A DNA stretch of 64,000 nucleotides from Candidatus Woesebacteria bacterium (GTDB taxonomy: Bacteria > Patescibacteriota > Microgenomatia > UBA1400 > UBA1396): positions 73,481 to 137,480 of the forward strand of contig JAJOJK010000003.1 in the NCBI GenBank assembly GCA_021208605.1. The letters run 5' to 3'. Below, piece by piece: positions 52,681-62,902 of the stretch; within the stretch, counting starts at the first letter, position 1; each line of letters opens with the position of its first letter. The translations under genes and the position numbers were made by a program. The notes under the pieces are model-generated. The model was not told the origin of the DNA. It did not search any database and saw only the letters and a program-made list of their open reading frames with translations.

Positions 52681-54057
52681 ATGGCTGAGACAGCCGAAGA
52701 AGTAAAAACAGTCGACACTGCCGATGCAGCAGCTTCGAAACCCAACAATTCCAAATCATCTTCATCTGAAGATTCATCTGAAACCGCATCTTCCAATTCC
52801 AAGAATACTTCCCGATCTCGTTCGCGCAAATCAAGCGGCAGCAGCCGTGGTCGCAAATCACGATCTGATTCCAAGAATTCTTCTTCAAACAATGATGATT
52901 CACAGAACACCTCTGGAAACAGCAATAGTGGCAACTCACTGAAAGAAATTGTGGGGTACATTGATCTGTCTCCCGATGGTCACGCTGTGGTCCGCGAAGG
53001 TTTTTCGCAAAGCCGTTTTGATGCGTACTTAAGCATTTCTGTCGTGCGCAAGCTCCACTTGCGTGCCGGCGATAAGGTGGAAGGTGTTGCTCGTGAACCC
53101 CGCGAAAATGATCGCTACTGGGGCATGAAAGATATCTATTCTGTGAACGGTGTGCCAGTCGACAGTTTGGGTCGCCGACCACGTTTTGAAGAAATGGTGC
53201 CAGTGTACCCAAATCAAAAGATTGTGTTGGAATCAGGTCCCGAACCAATTTCTACGCGTTTAATAGATTTGGTAGCTCCAATAGGAAAAGGCCAACGTGG
53301 TTTGATCGTCGCACCGCCAAAAGCCGGTAAAACGACTATTATGAAGGAAATGGCCTCTGGTGTTGCGCAGAATTTTCCCGAAATTCATTTAATGGCCGTG
53401 CTTATCGGAGAACGTCCTGAAGAAGTGACCGACATTGCTCGTCACATTTCTTCAATTACTAACGGCGTCGGTGAAACCGCGGCTTCTAACTTTGACGAAC
53501 CTGCCGAAGAACAAACCCGAGTTGCCGAAGTCGCTTTAGAGCGGGCCAAGCGTTTGGTCGAAGAGGGGAAAGATGTTGTGATCTTGTTAGACTCGATCAC
53601 CCGTTTAGCTCGCGCATACAACTTGGCAATTCCAACTTCTGGTCGTACGTTGTCTGGTGGTTTTGACCCCGCCGCGCTGTATCCACCGAAGCGTTTCTTT
53701 GGTGCCGCGCGTAATTTTGAAGGTCCAGGCAGTTTAACCATTATTGGTACGGCTCTGGTCGAAACGGGTTCTCGTATGGACGACCTGATTTACGAAGAGT
53801 TTAAGGGTACCGGTAACATGGAACTGCATCTGGAGCGCCGCTTGGCTGAGCGTCGAATTTACCCAGCCATCAATTTGCAGCGTTCTGGCACTCGTCGCGA
53901 TGACTTGTTGTTCGATAATGGTCAGTACCAAAGTATTATTGTCTTGCACCGCATGCTCGATATGCTCAACGACGACGAACGCACTGAAATGGTCATTCGC
54001 CGCTTGAAAGAGACCAGGGACAACAAACAGTTCTTGGCCAGTCTCAAAGACGGTTAG
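52681..54057 (+). CDS. rho: Transcription termination factor Rho with Ser/Arg-rich N-terminal extension
   Basis: APIGKGQRGLIVAPPKAGKT, ERPEEVTD, LDSITRLARAYN, EEFKGTGNME; ~165-nt structured leader. Confidence 0.98.
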   Translation: MAETAEEVKTVDTADAAASKPNNSKSSSSEDSSETASSNSKNTSRSRSRKSSGSSRGRKSRSDSKNSSSNNDDSQNTSGNSNSGNSLKEIVGYIDLSPDGHAVVREGFSQSRFDAYLSISVVRKLHLRAGDKVEGVAREPRENDRYWGMKDIYSVNGVPVDSLGRRPRFEEMVPVYPNQKIVLESGPEPISTRLIDLVAPIGKGQRGLIVAPPKAGKTTIMKEMASGVAQNFPEIHLMAVLIGERPEEVTDIARHISSITNGVGETAASNFDEPAEEQTRVAEVALERAKRLVEEGKDVVILLDSITRLARAYNLAIPTSGRTLSGGFDPAALYPPKRFFGAARNFEGPGSLTIIGTALVETGSRMDDLIYEEFKGTGNMELHLERRLAERRIYPAINLQRSGTRRDDLLFDNGQYQSIIVLHRMLDMLNDDERTEMVIRRLKETRDNKQFLASLKDG

Positions 54058-54138
54058 GGTCGGTCTGGGCAGCGGAGAGCGGTCACCAAGATGGTACAAT
54101 GATCACCACAGTACCGACGGCGTCGGCACGTTACTCCT

Positions 54139-55320
54139 ATGAAATTTCGATTCTTTGCGCCCCAGCGGCGAGCACCAGCCAAGGATGACTCCACCGAAAT
54201 CTGGTGGCGTGAGCTCTTGGAGACGGGTGATTTCGACGAATATCTCAAGTTTTTGTGGCGCTACCTGTATCGCCGCGGATATTTTTTCTTTTCTTACGTC
54301 GAACTGGCCAAAGATTTGGTGGTCGGTATTTTGTATAAGCGGCGTGGGAAGTTCGCGCGTCCCTTTTTGCATACCGCGTTGATGAGCATTTTCTTCGTCG
54401 GAATTACGTTTGGTCCGTTGCTCGTGCAGCAGGCCACGGCCGAGGAAACAAATGTGGCCGAGTTGCCATCTTCTGTTTTGCGCACGTCTACCGGTGATAC
54501 TGTTTTTCTCACCGAACAAAGTGAAGATGTTGCGCGTTTCCGGGGAGGAGAAGTCATTGAACACGTTGTGTCCGACGGCGAAACCATTTCCTCCATTGCG
54601 CAACGGTATAACTTACAGCAAGACACCATTCTTTGGGAAAACAATCTGACCGCAAACAGCAGCATAAAACCTGGTGATCGCCTGCGTATTTTGCCAACCG
54701 ACGGTGTTCAGCACCGCGTGCAAAAAGGCGAAACCGTCTACACCTTGGCAAAGAAATACGGCCTTGGTGATGACGATGCCGCCGCTCAGGCTATCATTTC
54801 TTTTCCGTTTAACACCTTTGCCGATGACGACACATTTGCCCTGACCACGGGTCAAAGTTTGTTAATTCCAGGTGGACGTCCTCCGGCCAAGGCTACGACG
54901 ACGCCAGTGAATCGGTACGCGCGCGTCACGACGCCAGATGCGGGTGCGGTTTCGGCTACCGGACAATTTGTCTGGCCAGCTTCTGGCTATATTTCTCAGG
55001 GTTACTTCTGGTACCACCAGGCATACGATATTGCGAATCGCGGCGGCGGCAAGATTTTGGCCGCTGATTCTGGCACGGTGGTAGTGGCTGGCTGGGTCGA
55101 CAATTCGGGATACGGGAATCGCATCATGATTGATCACGGCAATGGCTTTGTGACTCTCTACGCTCACTTGTCGGTGGTGCGAGTCCGTGTTGGTCAAACC
55201 GTGAACAAGGGTGACGTGATTGGAGACATGGGTACGACCGGTCGTTCAACGGGTGTTCACTTGCACTTTGAGGTCCGACAGGGTGGAGCGCTCTTGAATC
55301 CGGGCAACTTCCTCCGCTAA
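54139..55320 (+). CDS. LysM + M23 peptidoglycan endopeptidase
   Basis: Two LysM repeats; HQAYD, YAHL, STGVHLHFEV. Confidence 0.95.
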   Translation: MKFRFFAPQRRAPAKDDSTEIWWRELLETGDFDEYLKFLWRYLYRRGYFFFSYVELAKDLVVGILYKRRGKFARPFLHTALMSIFFVGITFGPLLVQQATAEETNVAELPSSVLRTSTGDTVFLTEQSEDVARFRGGEVIEHVVSDGETISSIAQRYNLQQDTILWENNLTANSSIKPGDRLRILPTDGVQHRVQKGETVYTLAKKYGLGDDDAAAQAIISFPFNTFADDDTFALTTGQSLLIPGGRPPAKATTTPVNRYARVTTPDAGAVSATGQFVWPASGYISQGYFWYHQAYDIANRGGGKILAADSGTVVVAGWVDNSGYGNRIMIDHGNGFVTLYAHLSVVRVRVGQTVNKGDVIGDMGTTGRSTGVHLHFEVRQGGALLNPGNFLR

Positions 55321-55431
55321 AGTTTCTGGCTCAATGGAGTCGAAAATCCGTTGATAGTATTTATGGATAAATATACAAATAAATAGAAAAGTAAGGAAAA
55401 GTATATTCTGATATACTTATATGCACAAGAT

Positions 55432-56637
55432 ATGGTTGATACATCTTTTTTTATAGTTAAAGCAGGCAAGGGCGGCGATGGTCGTGCTACCTTCCGTCGC
55501 GAAAAATATGCGCCCAAAGGTGGTCCAAATGGTGGCGATGGCGGCAACGGTGGATCGGTCTACATTGTGGCCGACGCCCACAAAAACACGCTGCGCGACT
55601 ATGCTGGTAAGACATTTTTCCAAGCCGAGAATGGTGAGCCCGGTCAAAAACAGCAAAAATCGGGCAATAACGGCGACGACCTCGAGTTGAAAGTGCCAGT
55701 CGGCACCGTGATTTGGGAAGTCACCGACGAAAAGGCTTTTAAAGCCGGCGACAAGTCCGCGCGTACGCTCGTTGGCGAAATTATGGATGCCGATGATCGC
55801 TTGTTGGTTGCCAAAGGCGGCCTCGGTGGTCGTGGGAATGTGCACTTTAAGAGTTCTACTAATCGCACGCCGCTTGAATACGAAATCGGCGGCGCGCCGC
55901 AAGAGAAGAAATTATTTTTAGAGCTGAAACTGTTGGCCGATATCGGTTTTGTCGGTTTGCCCAACGCCGGGAAGAGTACGCTCCTTTCGGTCTTGACCGA
56001 CGCGAAACCAAAAGTGGCTGACTATCCGTTCACCACGCTGGAACCACATCTCGGTGTGATGTCGGTCGGTGGCGACAAAGAAACCACCCGCTACGTAGTG
56101 GCCGATGTTCCCGGGTTAATTGAAGCCGCCAGCGCTGGCAAAGGCCTTGGCCACCAATTCTTGCGCCACATCGAGCGCTGTCGTTTGCTGGTCTACGTAT
56201 TGGCTCCAAACGAAACCCTGGCTTATGACGCCGACACGCCGGTAGAGAAGGTGACTGACTCCGTCATGGAACAGTGGAACACACTGCGTACTGAACTTGA
56301 GAACTACAACCCTGAGTTACTGGAGCGACCAGTGGTGATCGTCTTGAACAAGCAAGATATGTTGGCCGAGGCTGATCGACAGGCGTTACTGCAAGCCGTC
56401 CAGGCGAAAACAGTCGAAAAGGCAGACATTGATGGGGAAGTAGTGACCACCTCCGCTATTACACAAGAGGGAATTGAAGAACTCAAAAACACACTGCACG
56501 AAATGCTCTTGCAGCATCCAACACTTGAGACTGCTGTGGAGACAGCAGAAGACTCGATTCCAGTATATACACCGGAAGATGACGTTGGCAAGCCTGTTTT
56601 GACTCGGAAAGAGGTGGGGAACTGGCGGAAGTTGTAG
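55432..56637 (+). CDS. obgE: GTPase Obg/CgtA
   Basis: FRREKYAPKGGPNGGDGG, GLPNAGKST, YPFTT, DVPG, NKQD. Confidence 0.98.
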   Translation: MVDTSFFIVKAGKGGDGRATFRREKYAPKGGPNGGDGGNGGSVYIVADAHKNTLRDYAGKTFFQAENGEPGQKQQKSGNNGDDLELKVPVGTVIWEVTDEKAFKAGDKSARTLVGEIMDADDRLLVAKGGLGGRGNVHFKSSTNRTPLEYEIGGAPQEKKLFLELKLLADIGFVGLPNAGKSTLLSVLTDAKPKVADYPFTTLEPHLGVMSVGGDKETTRYVVADVPGLIEAASAGKGLGHQFLRHIERCRLLVYVLAPNETLAYDADTPVEKVTDSVMEQWNTLRTELENYNPELLERPVVIVLNKQDMLAEADRQALLQAVQAKTVEKADIDGEVVTTSAITQEGIEELKNTLHEMLLQHPTLETAVETAEDSIPVYTPEDDVGKPVLTRKEVGNWRKL

Positions 56638-56648
56638 GGGTTTTCTGG

Positions 56649-56732
56649 AGGGTTACCTTTCTCTGCAACTACCTCTGGAAAGGTTACCCTAAGTCTCCCT
56701 TTCTTGAGGAAACTAAATTGTAAGGTAACCTT
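56649..56732. repeat. 84-bp four-core cassette E2 (core AAGGTWACCTT)
   Basis: Same 11-20-11-11-20-11 layout; reverse orientation relative to E1 and E3. Confidence 0.85.
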
Positions 56733-56772
56733 CAACAGGAGGTGGTATAATACCAATCCTAACCACATTATT

Positions 56773-56845
56773 GGGCCCATGGCGCAGCTGGTAGCGCGTC
56801 TGTATGGCATACAGAAGGTCAGGGGTTCGAGTCCCCTTGGGTCCA
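56773..56845 (+). tRNA. tRNA-Ala(GGC)
   Basis: GGGCCCA/TGGGTCC; TCTGT-ATGGCAT-ACAGA; TGgTATAAT upstream; terminator at 56848-56875. Confidence 0.96.
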
Positions 56846-57126
56846 CAAAAAAAAGACACCGTGAGGTGTCTTTTTCCATCAATGGGCAATAAAATCTCGT
56901 TTGATGTATACTGTAAATATGCGTTTGTTAGAAGTTCTTGGTTTTAAAGGGAAAAGTGAGCGTATCTTGCGGCAGAGCTCCGAACGATTCATCAGATGAA
57001 ATCTGAAATCATTGCGTCAGTACACAAGAAAAAGAAGTAGTTTTTTGCAGTGGCTCGGGGAGTAACAAATTTATCCCAACACAGTTTCTTCTGGTAGAAT
57101 ATCATCTTAGGTAAAAAAACCTTCGC

Positions 57127-57197
57127 GGGCCTATAGGTAAGGGGTATACCGCAGCATTCGCATTGCTGAGTCCCGAGTTCGATTCTCGGTAGGTCCA
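57127..57197 (+). tRNA. tRNA-Ala(CGC), compact (71 nt)
   Basis: GGGCCTA/TAGGTCC with G3-U70; CAGCA-TTCGCAT-TGCTG; T-arm CCGAG-TTCGATT-CTCGG. Confidence 0.9.
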
Positions 57198-57239
57198 CTT
57201 TTTTCAAAAAGAGTAACCGAAAAGTGGGAAGATTGAAAT

Positions 57240-57575
57240 ATGTCACAAGCAGAAATAACTAGAGGAAAGCAGGCGGAGATTCGCCAGGAAGTTGACGCGG
57301 TTTTCGAAAATGCTGGGCTGGAGCAGTTAGCTGAGGCCTACACTTGGACACTTTTAATGATTAAGGACAGATTTGCAGAATTGAAGAACATCTTAGATAT
57401 TGAAGAAGCCGAAAACCGACAAGGACAAGAAGACTCTCTTCACTCGAGTCTCAGAGCGTTTCGTGGTGACATGAGCAGTCTGACGTCTGGTTATTTTTCC
57501 AATGAACAAACAAAAGCCGCGTTTTTGCAACAATTCCAAGCGCTTGTTCAGCTAGCACAGCCTGAGCATCGTTAA
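57240..57575 (+). CDS. Hypothetical protein
   Basis: 111-aa helical ORF. Confidence 0.65.
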   Translation: MSQAEITRGKQAEIRQEVDAVFENAGLEQLAEAYTWTLLMIKDRFAELKNILDIEEAENRQGQEDSLHSSLRAFRGDMSSLTSGYFSNEQTKAAFLQQFQALVQLAQPEHR

Positions 57576-57615
57576 TTCCTAGTTTTTCTTTCTTCAAACT
57601 GGCATAATGCAGGTA

Positions 57616-58251
57616 ATGCCACGCCTTTTTTCAAAAAAGAACACTGCCCGTCATGGTGTCACGTTAATTGAGATGCTTATTGCCATGACGTTTCTCGCCA
57701 TCATGATGGTGGTGGCGTTTATGCAGGTTTCTCGGTATATCAACCAGAGTAGAGACGTGGAGCGGAAGACGGATTTGGAAAAATACCGCATTGCGCTGGA
57801 AGAATATTTCGCCGACCACGGCCAGTATCCGCCAACTTCACTGATGCAAAATTGTGGTTCCAAAGAAATTGTTCCGTATTTGCCAGAGGTATATTGCGAT
57901 CCGTTGTCGGGTGATCCGTACCGATATGTGCGCACGCAGAACGGTGCCCATTACGAACTCTGGACGACGTTGATTACCGAAGGCGATCCAGTGATTGAAC
58001 TGCGCGGCTGCGATGTGGGGTGCGGTCCGGACGACAACGACGACGGAGCCGGCGATTACAACTACGGTATCAGCGATGAACAGGTCGCCACCGGCGAAGG
58101 AGCGGAAGCAGGGTTCGTAGAACCGTTCTGTTCCTCTGGTGGAGTGCGCTATTGTATTGCCGGGCAATGTTCGAATTGTTGTCCCGGTGACATCTATCGG
58201 TGTAACAGTACCGGTACGGCGTGCTATATTGACTACAGTTGCCGCGAGTAG
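57616..58251 (+). CDS. Type IV pilin / T2SS G-like protein
   Basis: G|VTLIE prepilin site; RDVERKTDL...ALEEYFADHGQYP; Cys-rich tail. Confidence 0.92.
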   Translation: MPRLFSKKNTARHGVTLIEMLIAMTFLAIMMVVAFMQVSRYINQSRDVERKTDLEKYRIALEEYFADHGQYPPTSLMQNCGSKEIVPYLPEVYCDPLSGDPYRYVRTQNGAHYELWTTLITEGDPVIELRGCDVGCGPDDNDDGAGDYNYGISDEQVATGEGAEAGFVEPFCSSGGVRYCIAGQCSNCCPGDIYRCNSTGTACYIDYSCRE

Positions 58252-58275
58252 AGAAGTCTCGTTGGCGGTACGAAT

Positions 58276-58860
58276 ATGCACAAAAATCGCACAGTTGTAG
58301 CTTCATCTTTTTTTCCCGCTCGTTTTTTCAGTCGAGGCGGATTCACATTGATTGAGTTGATGGTCGTGATCTCGATTATCGGGATTTTGACGGCCGCGAT
58401 TGGCGGTAATTACATGACTTCCCGGGTGCGGGCGCGCGATTCGGAGCGTAAGAACGCTTTGTCGCAGATTCGCAATGCGCTGGAAATTTATTTTAATGAC
58501 CACGGTCATTATCCAGAAGCTATCGACGGAAAAATTCTCGGACTCGACTGGGGTGGGCCACTGATCGACAGCAATACCACAACCTACATGGTGCAGCTCC
58601 CGAGCGACTCGCGCGCGCCCAACACGCAGTACTACTACGAAGTTGATGGAACAGATGCTCTGTTCACAGACCAACTCAAATATCGTTTATATGCTCGACT
58701 TGAAAACCCCAATGACGCTGACACTGATCTGGATGGCGACGGCGATGTCGGCGACGAATATGACGGCACCAACGGCGACGGCCAAGCCAAATACTGCGGC
58801 GATGACTACTGTAACTACGGCATTCCCGCCCCGACGACCACAATGGAGGAAGTATGGTAA
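58276..58860 (+). CDS. Type IV pilin / T2SS G-like protein
   Basis: G|FTLIE; RDSERK...ALEIYFNDHGHYP; DLDGDGD. Confidence 0.94.
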   Translation: MHKNRTVVASSFFPARFFSRGGFTLIELMVVISIIGILTAAIGGNYMTSRVRARDSERKNALSQIRNALEIYFNDHGHYPEAIDGKILGLDWGGPLIDSNTTTYMVQLPSDSRAPNTQYYYEVDGTDALFTDQLKYRLYARLENPNDADTDLDGDGDVGDEYDGTNGDGQAKYCGDDYCNYGIPAPTTTMEEVW

Positions 58861-59376
58861 AACACAGCCAATTTGCGCCCCAGTTCGACCAAAATAGCCG
58901 TCAAGGCTTCACTTTGGTGGAGTTACTCATCGTGATTTCGATCATCGGTATTTTGGCGCGTTTTTTGTTTGTCAACTTCGCCGAGGTTCGTATTCGCGGT
59001 CGCGATACCCAACGCAAAAATGACTTAACTCAAGTGAAAAAAGCCCTCCGTCTTTACTACAACGATTACCAAAGTTATCCGGCGCATGACGAGGCAAATC
59101 GGATTCTTGGCTGCGGGAGCGATGGTGCTGAACCCTGCGCCTGGGGAAGTCCTTTTGAGACCGGCTCGACAACCTACATGGGAGAGTTGCCAGCCGACCC
59201 AATTAACATTGGCGCCCAAGTCTATTCTTACGAACAAGTTGATGGCGGCGAAGATTTTCCGCTTAACCGCCAACCTGGAGAATAAATCTGATCAGCAGGC
59301 TGTTCCGAGCCAAGAGCGGTGTGGGATTGTTGAAGACGAGATTGATGACTCCACCTTCATGATATGTGCCAACTAA
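58854..59376 (+). CDS. Type IV pilin / T2SS G-like protein (frameshift at the T4 run, 59255-59258)
   Basis: G|FTLVE; removing one T gives FRLTANLENKSD, matching YRLYARLENPND of the neighbouring pilin. Confidence 0.9.
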
Positions 59377-59435
59377 CCTGACTTGTGAGTCGAAGTATTT
59401 TATTTCAGAAATGTGCTCTTAGAAATACGCTAGAA

Positions 59436-61631
59436 CTAGAAACCGACGTTTTCCGGTAAGACAATCGAACCGTCAGAATTTTGTGTACCTTCGTTGGGAG
59501 TTTGGTCTTCTGTGGACTCTGGCTGCGGTTGTTCTTGGAGCGGGTCGCTCTCCAAGAGCTCGTCGAAGCTGGGATCATTGGGGTTTTGCGCAGGGGCGTT
59601 TTCGGGCACACTCGGCTGTTGTGGGGTGTCGAGAAGATCGGCATTTTCGCTACCGGCTTCGTAGGTACCGGCCGCGTCGTCAGCATTTCCGTCTGATTGT
59701 TGCGCTGCCGCGGCATTTTGCGCTTCGGTTAAAGCACCTTGCACCAGGACAAAGTCATCATCACTTTCTTCCAGGAGCGACAAAGCGCGTTGGAAGGCTT
59801 GCGTGGCTAGGCCGGGTTGTTCCATGGCCATGAGGGCAACGCCGTAGCGATAGTAGGCCACGTGCCAGTCTGGCTTCAGTTGAATAGCTTGTTCGTAGTA
59901 GCGCAGCGACTGATCTGGTTGGTTGAGCACAACATACAGATTTCCGAGTTGCGCGCGGAGCTGAGGCGAGAGCGGGTCAGTCTGGATAGCCTGAATGAGC
60001 GCCGCGGTGGCCCAGCGAGAAGATCCTTCCACATCCAGCATATTGCTGTACAGACTGGAGAGGTGTTCCCAATTTTCGGTTTCGGTGGGGTTTATTTGCG
60101 CGGCCATGCGAGCTTCTCGAATGGATTGTTGCAAAAGTTGCGCAAATACTTGACGCTGCTCTTCGGTCAGGTCGCCATTTTGGGCCAGACCACGCGCAAT
60201 CGCGAGATTGGTTGAGGAGTAGGAGCGGCGATACTGCGTGTTGTACGGAGAAAAACGGATGGCTAATTGTTGCAAATCATACGTGTTTGTAACCTGATTA
60301 TTCTGCGCGGACAAAATAGACCGCGCGTAGAGATACTCAGCCGCATATGTTTTGCCAGCGAAGTAGGTGAGGGCCAAGGCACCAGCAGCAAAAACAGCGG
60401 CGGTGGCGTAGGCAAATCCGGCATGTGTTTTCTTGGATTTCAGTTGACCAGAGGGGCCGAGCTGGATGGCAGAGAGAAGCACCACTAAATCTTGAGCCGT
60501 GGTGGGGTCTTCAGCGCGGGCTTCCTCCATGATGGCCAGCAGTGTGAGCGTTAAGACAATAATGGTGGTCGCACTGAGCGGCGCTACCCAGAATAAAAGA
60601 ATTTGAATCAGGAAAAAGACAAACAAAGTCGGGTGTTTTCGGAATACCTGGCGACCTGTCCAGAGTCCACTGGCGTAAACACCCAACCAAGCAGTGAAGC
60701 CAACGGCACCAATGGTGGTGAGGGCGTGGAGGGCCTCGGAGCTACTGGCGCGGAAGCGGAGTGCCCAGAGTTCAGACATGTTGTAGGTGACGTCGCGGAA
60801 ACGATGGAATGCGGACAGGAAGCTTTCCGGTCCAATCCCAAAGAGTAATCGTGGCAGTTGTTTCCAGTTTTCGATCGCAATTCCCCAACCGAATTGATAC
60901 GGTAAGAGCACCGGACGCACATCTGGTTTCAGAACAATACTAATGAGTACGCCGGCGAGTGTGGCAAACAGAAAAGCGGTGAGTCCGAGTCGGACAGGAG
61001 AAGTTGCGGCTTCGGATTCTGGTGAAGTTTCTTTTTTGGTGGCCGAGAAATGTTTCCAGATACTGATCCCGTTCGCCAAAACGACGGGAACCAAGAGGGC
61101 CAGCAGAACCGCTGGTGATTCAGCCAGGGAAAAACTGATGTTGGTCGGGAGTTGGGAGCCAAGGAATCGATTCAGCAGCGCGGAGAACGTGAAATCACCG
61201 GGCACTACTAACTGCCACCAGACAACGATGGACAGAGCGGCAGTTCCCCAGGTAAGTCCACGTAACAGGTGTGACCAGCGGAAGCCACTAAAGGTGCTAA
61301 AACCAAAGAGCAGGACGACGCTCATAGCGAGCAAGGACAAGAAGCGGCCGCTCAGTTGGAACGGCGTGTTGCTCGCCATAACCGCGGAGATGACTGTTGC
61401 CACGACTAACAGAAGGGCGCTGATGTTGACGGGAGACAAAGAAAACAAAACACGTTTCTCGCGCACGACGCGCACAATCCAGAAAGCAGCCAAGGCAATC
61501 GCCGTGACCATGAACAAGAATTGTTTCTGCACGCCAATAGAGTCCGGGATCAACGGAATGAACCAGATCGGAGCCAAAAAGGCTAAGGCGGTCAAGATTC
61601 CGGAACTCAATTTGTGGTGCAGGTGTTGCAT
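59436..61631 (-). CDS. Polytopic O-antigen-ligase/O-OTase-like membrane protein with TPR repeats
   Basis: About 12 TM; FGIGPESF; C-terminal TPRs (LGNLY...YEQAIQLKPD). Confidence 0.75.
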   Translation of the reverse strand: MQHLHHKLSSGILTALAFLAPIWFIPLIPDSIGVQKQFLFMVTAIALAAFWIVRVVREKRVLFSLSPVNISALLLVVATVISAVMASNTPFQLSGRFLSLLAMSVVLLFGFSTFSGFRWSHLLRGLTWGTAALSIVVWWQLVVPGDFTFSALLNRFLGSQLPTNISFSLAESPAVLLALLVPVVLANGISIWKHFSATKKETSPESEAATSPVRLGLTAFLFATLAGVLISIVLKPDVRPVLLPYQFGWGIAIENWKQLPRLLFGIGPESFLSAFHRFRDVTYNMSELWALRFRASSSEALHALTTIGAVGFTAWLGVYASGLWTGRQVFRKHPTLFVFFLIQILLFWVAPLSATTIIVLTLTLLAIMEEARAEDPTTAQDLVVLLSAIQLGPSGQLKSKKTHAGFAYATAAVFAAGALALTYFAGKTYAAEYLYARSILSAQNNQVTNTYDLQQLAIRFSPYNTQYRRSYSSTNLAIARGLAQNGDLTEEQRQVFAQLLQQSIREARMAAQINPTETENWEHLSSLYSNMLDVEGSSRWATAALIQAIQTDPLSPQLRAQLGNLYVVLNQPDQSLRYYEQAIQLKPDWHVAYYRYGVALMAMEQPGLATQAFQRALSLLEESDDDFVLVQGALTEAQNAAAAQQSDGNADDAAGTYEAGSENADLLDTPQQPSVPENAPAQNPNDPSFDELLESDPLQEQPQPESTEDQTPNEGTQNSDGSIVLPENVGF

Positions 61632-61669
61632 AGTCGTCCTCAGGCGGGGTCGTTTTTTGGTTGTGAGTG

Positions 61670-62752
61670 TTACTCAGTGATGCGCCAGAATAGCGTAACA
61701 TTTTCTTCCAGAGGGTTGAAGCTCTGAATGGTGAATCCTTCGCCAGATTTTCGGCTGGAAACGCGGAACGGTGTGTGTGGTTGCGAAGCCGAGTTCGGCG
61801 AGACTTCAACGGTAATCTGCATAGTGTCGGTCAAACCGGTGAAGGGGACAAAGATTTCGGTTTGCTGCGCTGGCAAGACAACTTCGCCTTGGAGCGCGTT
61901 GTCGGCGGTTTTGGTGCCGATGGTGGTATCGGAACCTTCTTCGGCGTCGGCGACAATTGGTCCGCTCGCCAAGTTATTGTTGGCTTGTTGCGTCGGGAGC
62001 TGGTCGAGGACGCTTTCTTCTAAGATGTTGACATCTTGCACCCCAAGCGCTTGGGCAATAACTAAGTCTTGATCACCTTTGGCGGCGAGTTCTGGATTGA
62101 TGGCGCTTGCCGTGGTGTAGATGCGGGCCCGAAGGAGGAAGCCGAGACCGTTGGTAGGATCGAGATCGATCGCGGTGTTGGCGGCAGCGAGGGCTTCATC
62201 GAGGTACTGCATGATGGAGTCGCGATCAGCGTTCGTTTGGGTGCCGGCTGTGGACTGGGAAAGCTGAATCGCCTTGCGCAAAAATCCCTGGGCGAGCGTC
62301 AGATGGTAGCGGTAGGCTTTTTGTTCGGTGCTGAGGATGACCTGGGAATTCACGAGGTCGGTAGCGGTGGAGTTCGTCTCTGGGGAAGAAGTGGTGGCGC
62401 TGACGAGTTGGGCGTCGACAGGAGTGTCGGTGGTCGCGGTGTCGCTTTCAGGTGCAGTTTCGGAAAAAGTGCTCGCGATTTGATTCCCTGGCTGTTGTTG
62501 CTGGGCCAGGTAGCTGCTGACGAGTTGTTGGTTGTGCGCGCGCAGTTGTGGGGTGGTCGGCTGCGACCAGAAAATGAATCCTAACGGCAAGACGGCCACG
62601 AGCGAGAGGGCCATCCAGGGGCGCAGTTGCGTTACGGAGAGTTCACTCGTGGCGGAAGCCAGACGAGTAAAGGAAACTTTCCAGGCTGGCTCGGGAGAGC
62701 GAAGCAGGGAAGTGTCAATCGTAGCAATTTCTTGAGGCGGCAGGCCGTACAT
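61670..62752 (-). CDS. Membrane-anchored TPR protein with C-terminal beta domain
   Basis: TM; TPR (AIDLDPTNGLGFLLRARIY); TTGACA-17-CATACT promoter (62792-62764). Confidence 0.75.
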   Translation of the reverse strand: MYGLPPQEIATIDTSLLRSPEPAWKVSFTRLASATSELSVTQLRPWMALSLVAVLPLGFIFWSQPTTPQLRAHNQQLVSSYLAQQQQPGNQIASTFSETAPESDTATTDTPVDAQLVSATTSSPETNSTATDLVNSQVILSTEQKAYRYHLTLAQGFLRKAIQLSQSTAGTQTNADRDSIMQYLDEALAAANTAIDLDPTNGLGFLLRARIYTTASAINPELAAKGDQDLVIAQALGVQDVNILEESVLDQLPTQQANNNLASGPIVADAEEGSDTTIGTKTADNALQGEVVLPAQQTEIFVPFTGLTDTMQITVEVSPNSASQPHTPFRVSSRKSGEGFTIQSFNPLEENVTLFWRITE

Positions 62753-62805
62753 AGAGTGGTTTCAGTATGGCGTTTTCTCGAGGTGGTGTCAAGGTGGGGG
62801 TATTT

Positions 62806-62888
62806 AAGGTTACCTTTCGTTTTAGTTTTCCCTGGCAGGGTTACCTTAAGGTAACCTGCCAGAGGTAGTTGCGGAGGAAGGTTACCTT
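62806..62888. repeat. 83-bp four-core cassette E3 (core AAGGTWACCTT)
   Basis: Central near-palindrome CTGGCAGGGTTACCTTAAGGTAACCTGCCAG; arms shared with E1 and E2. Confidence 0.85.
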
Positions 62889-62902
62889 CTTACGCATTCG
62901 TG

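Noticed and set aside
54056-54066. Partial REP core AGGGTCGGTC after rho
   Set aside because: Only a 10-bp match with no tail or palindrome.
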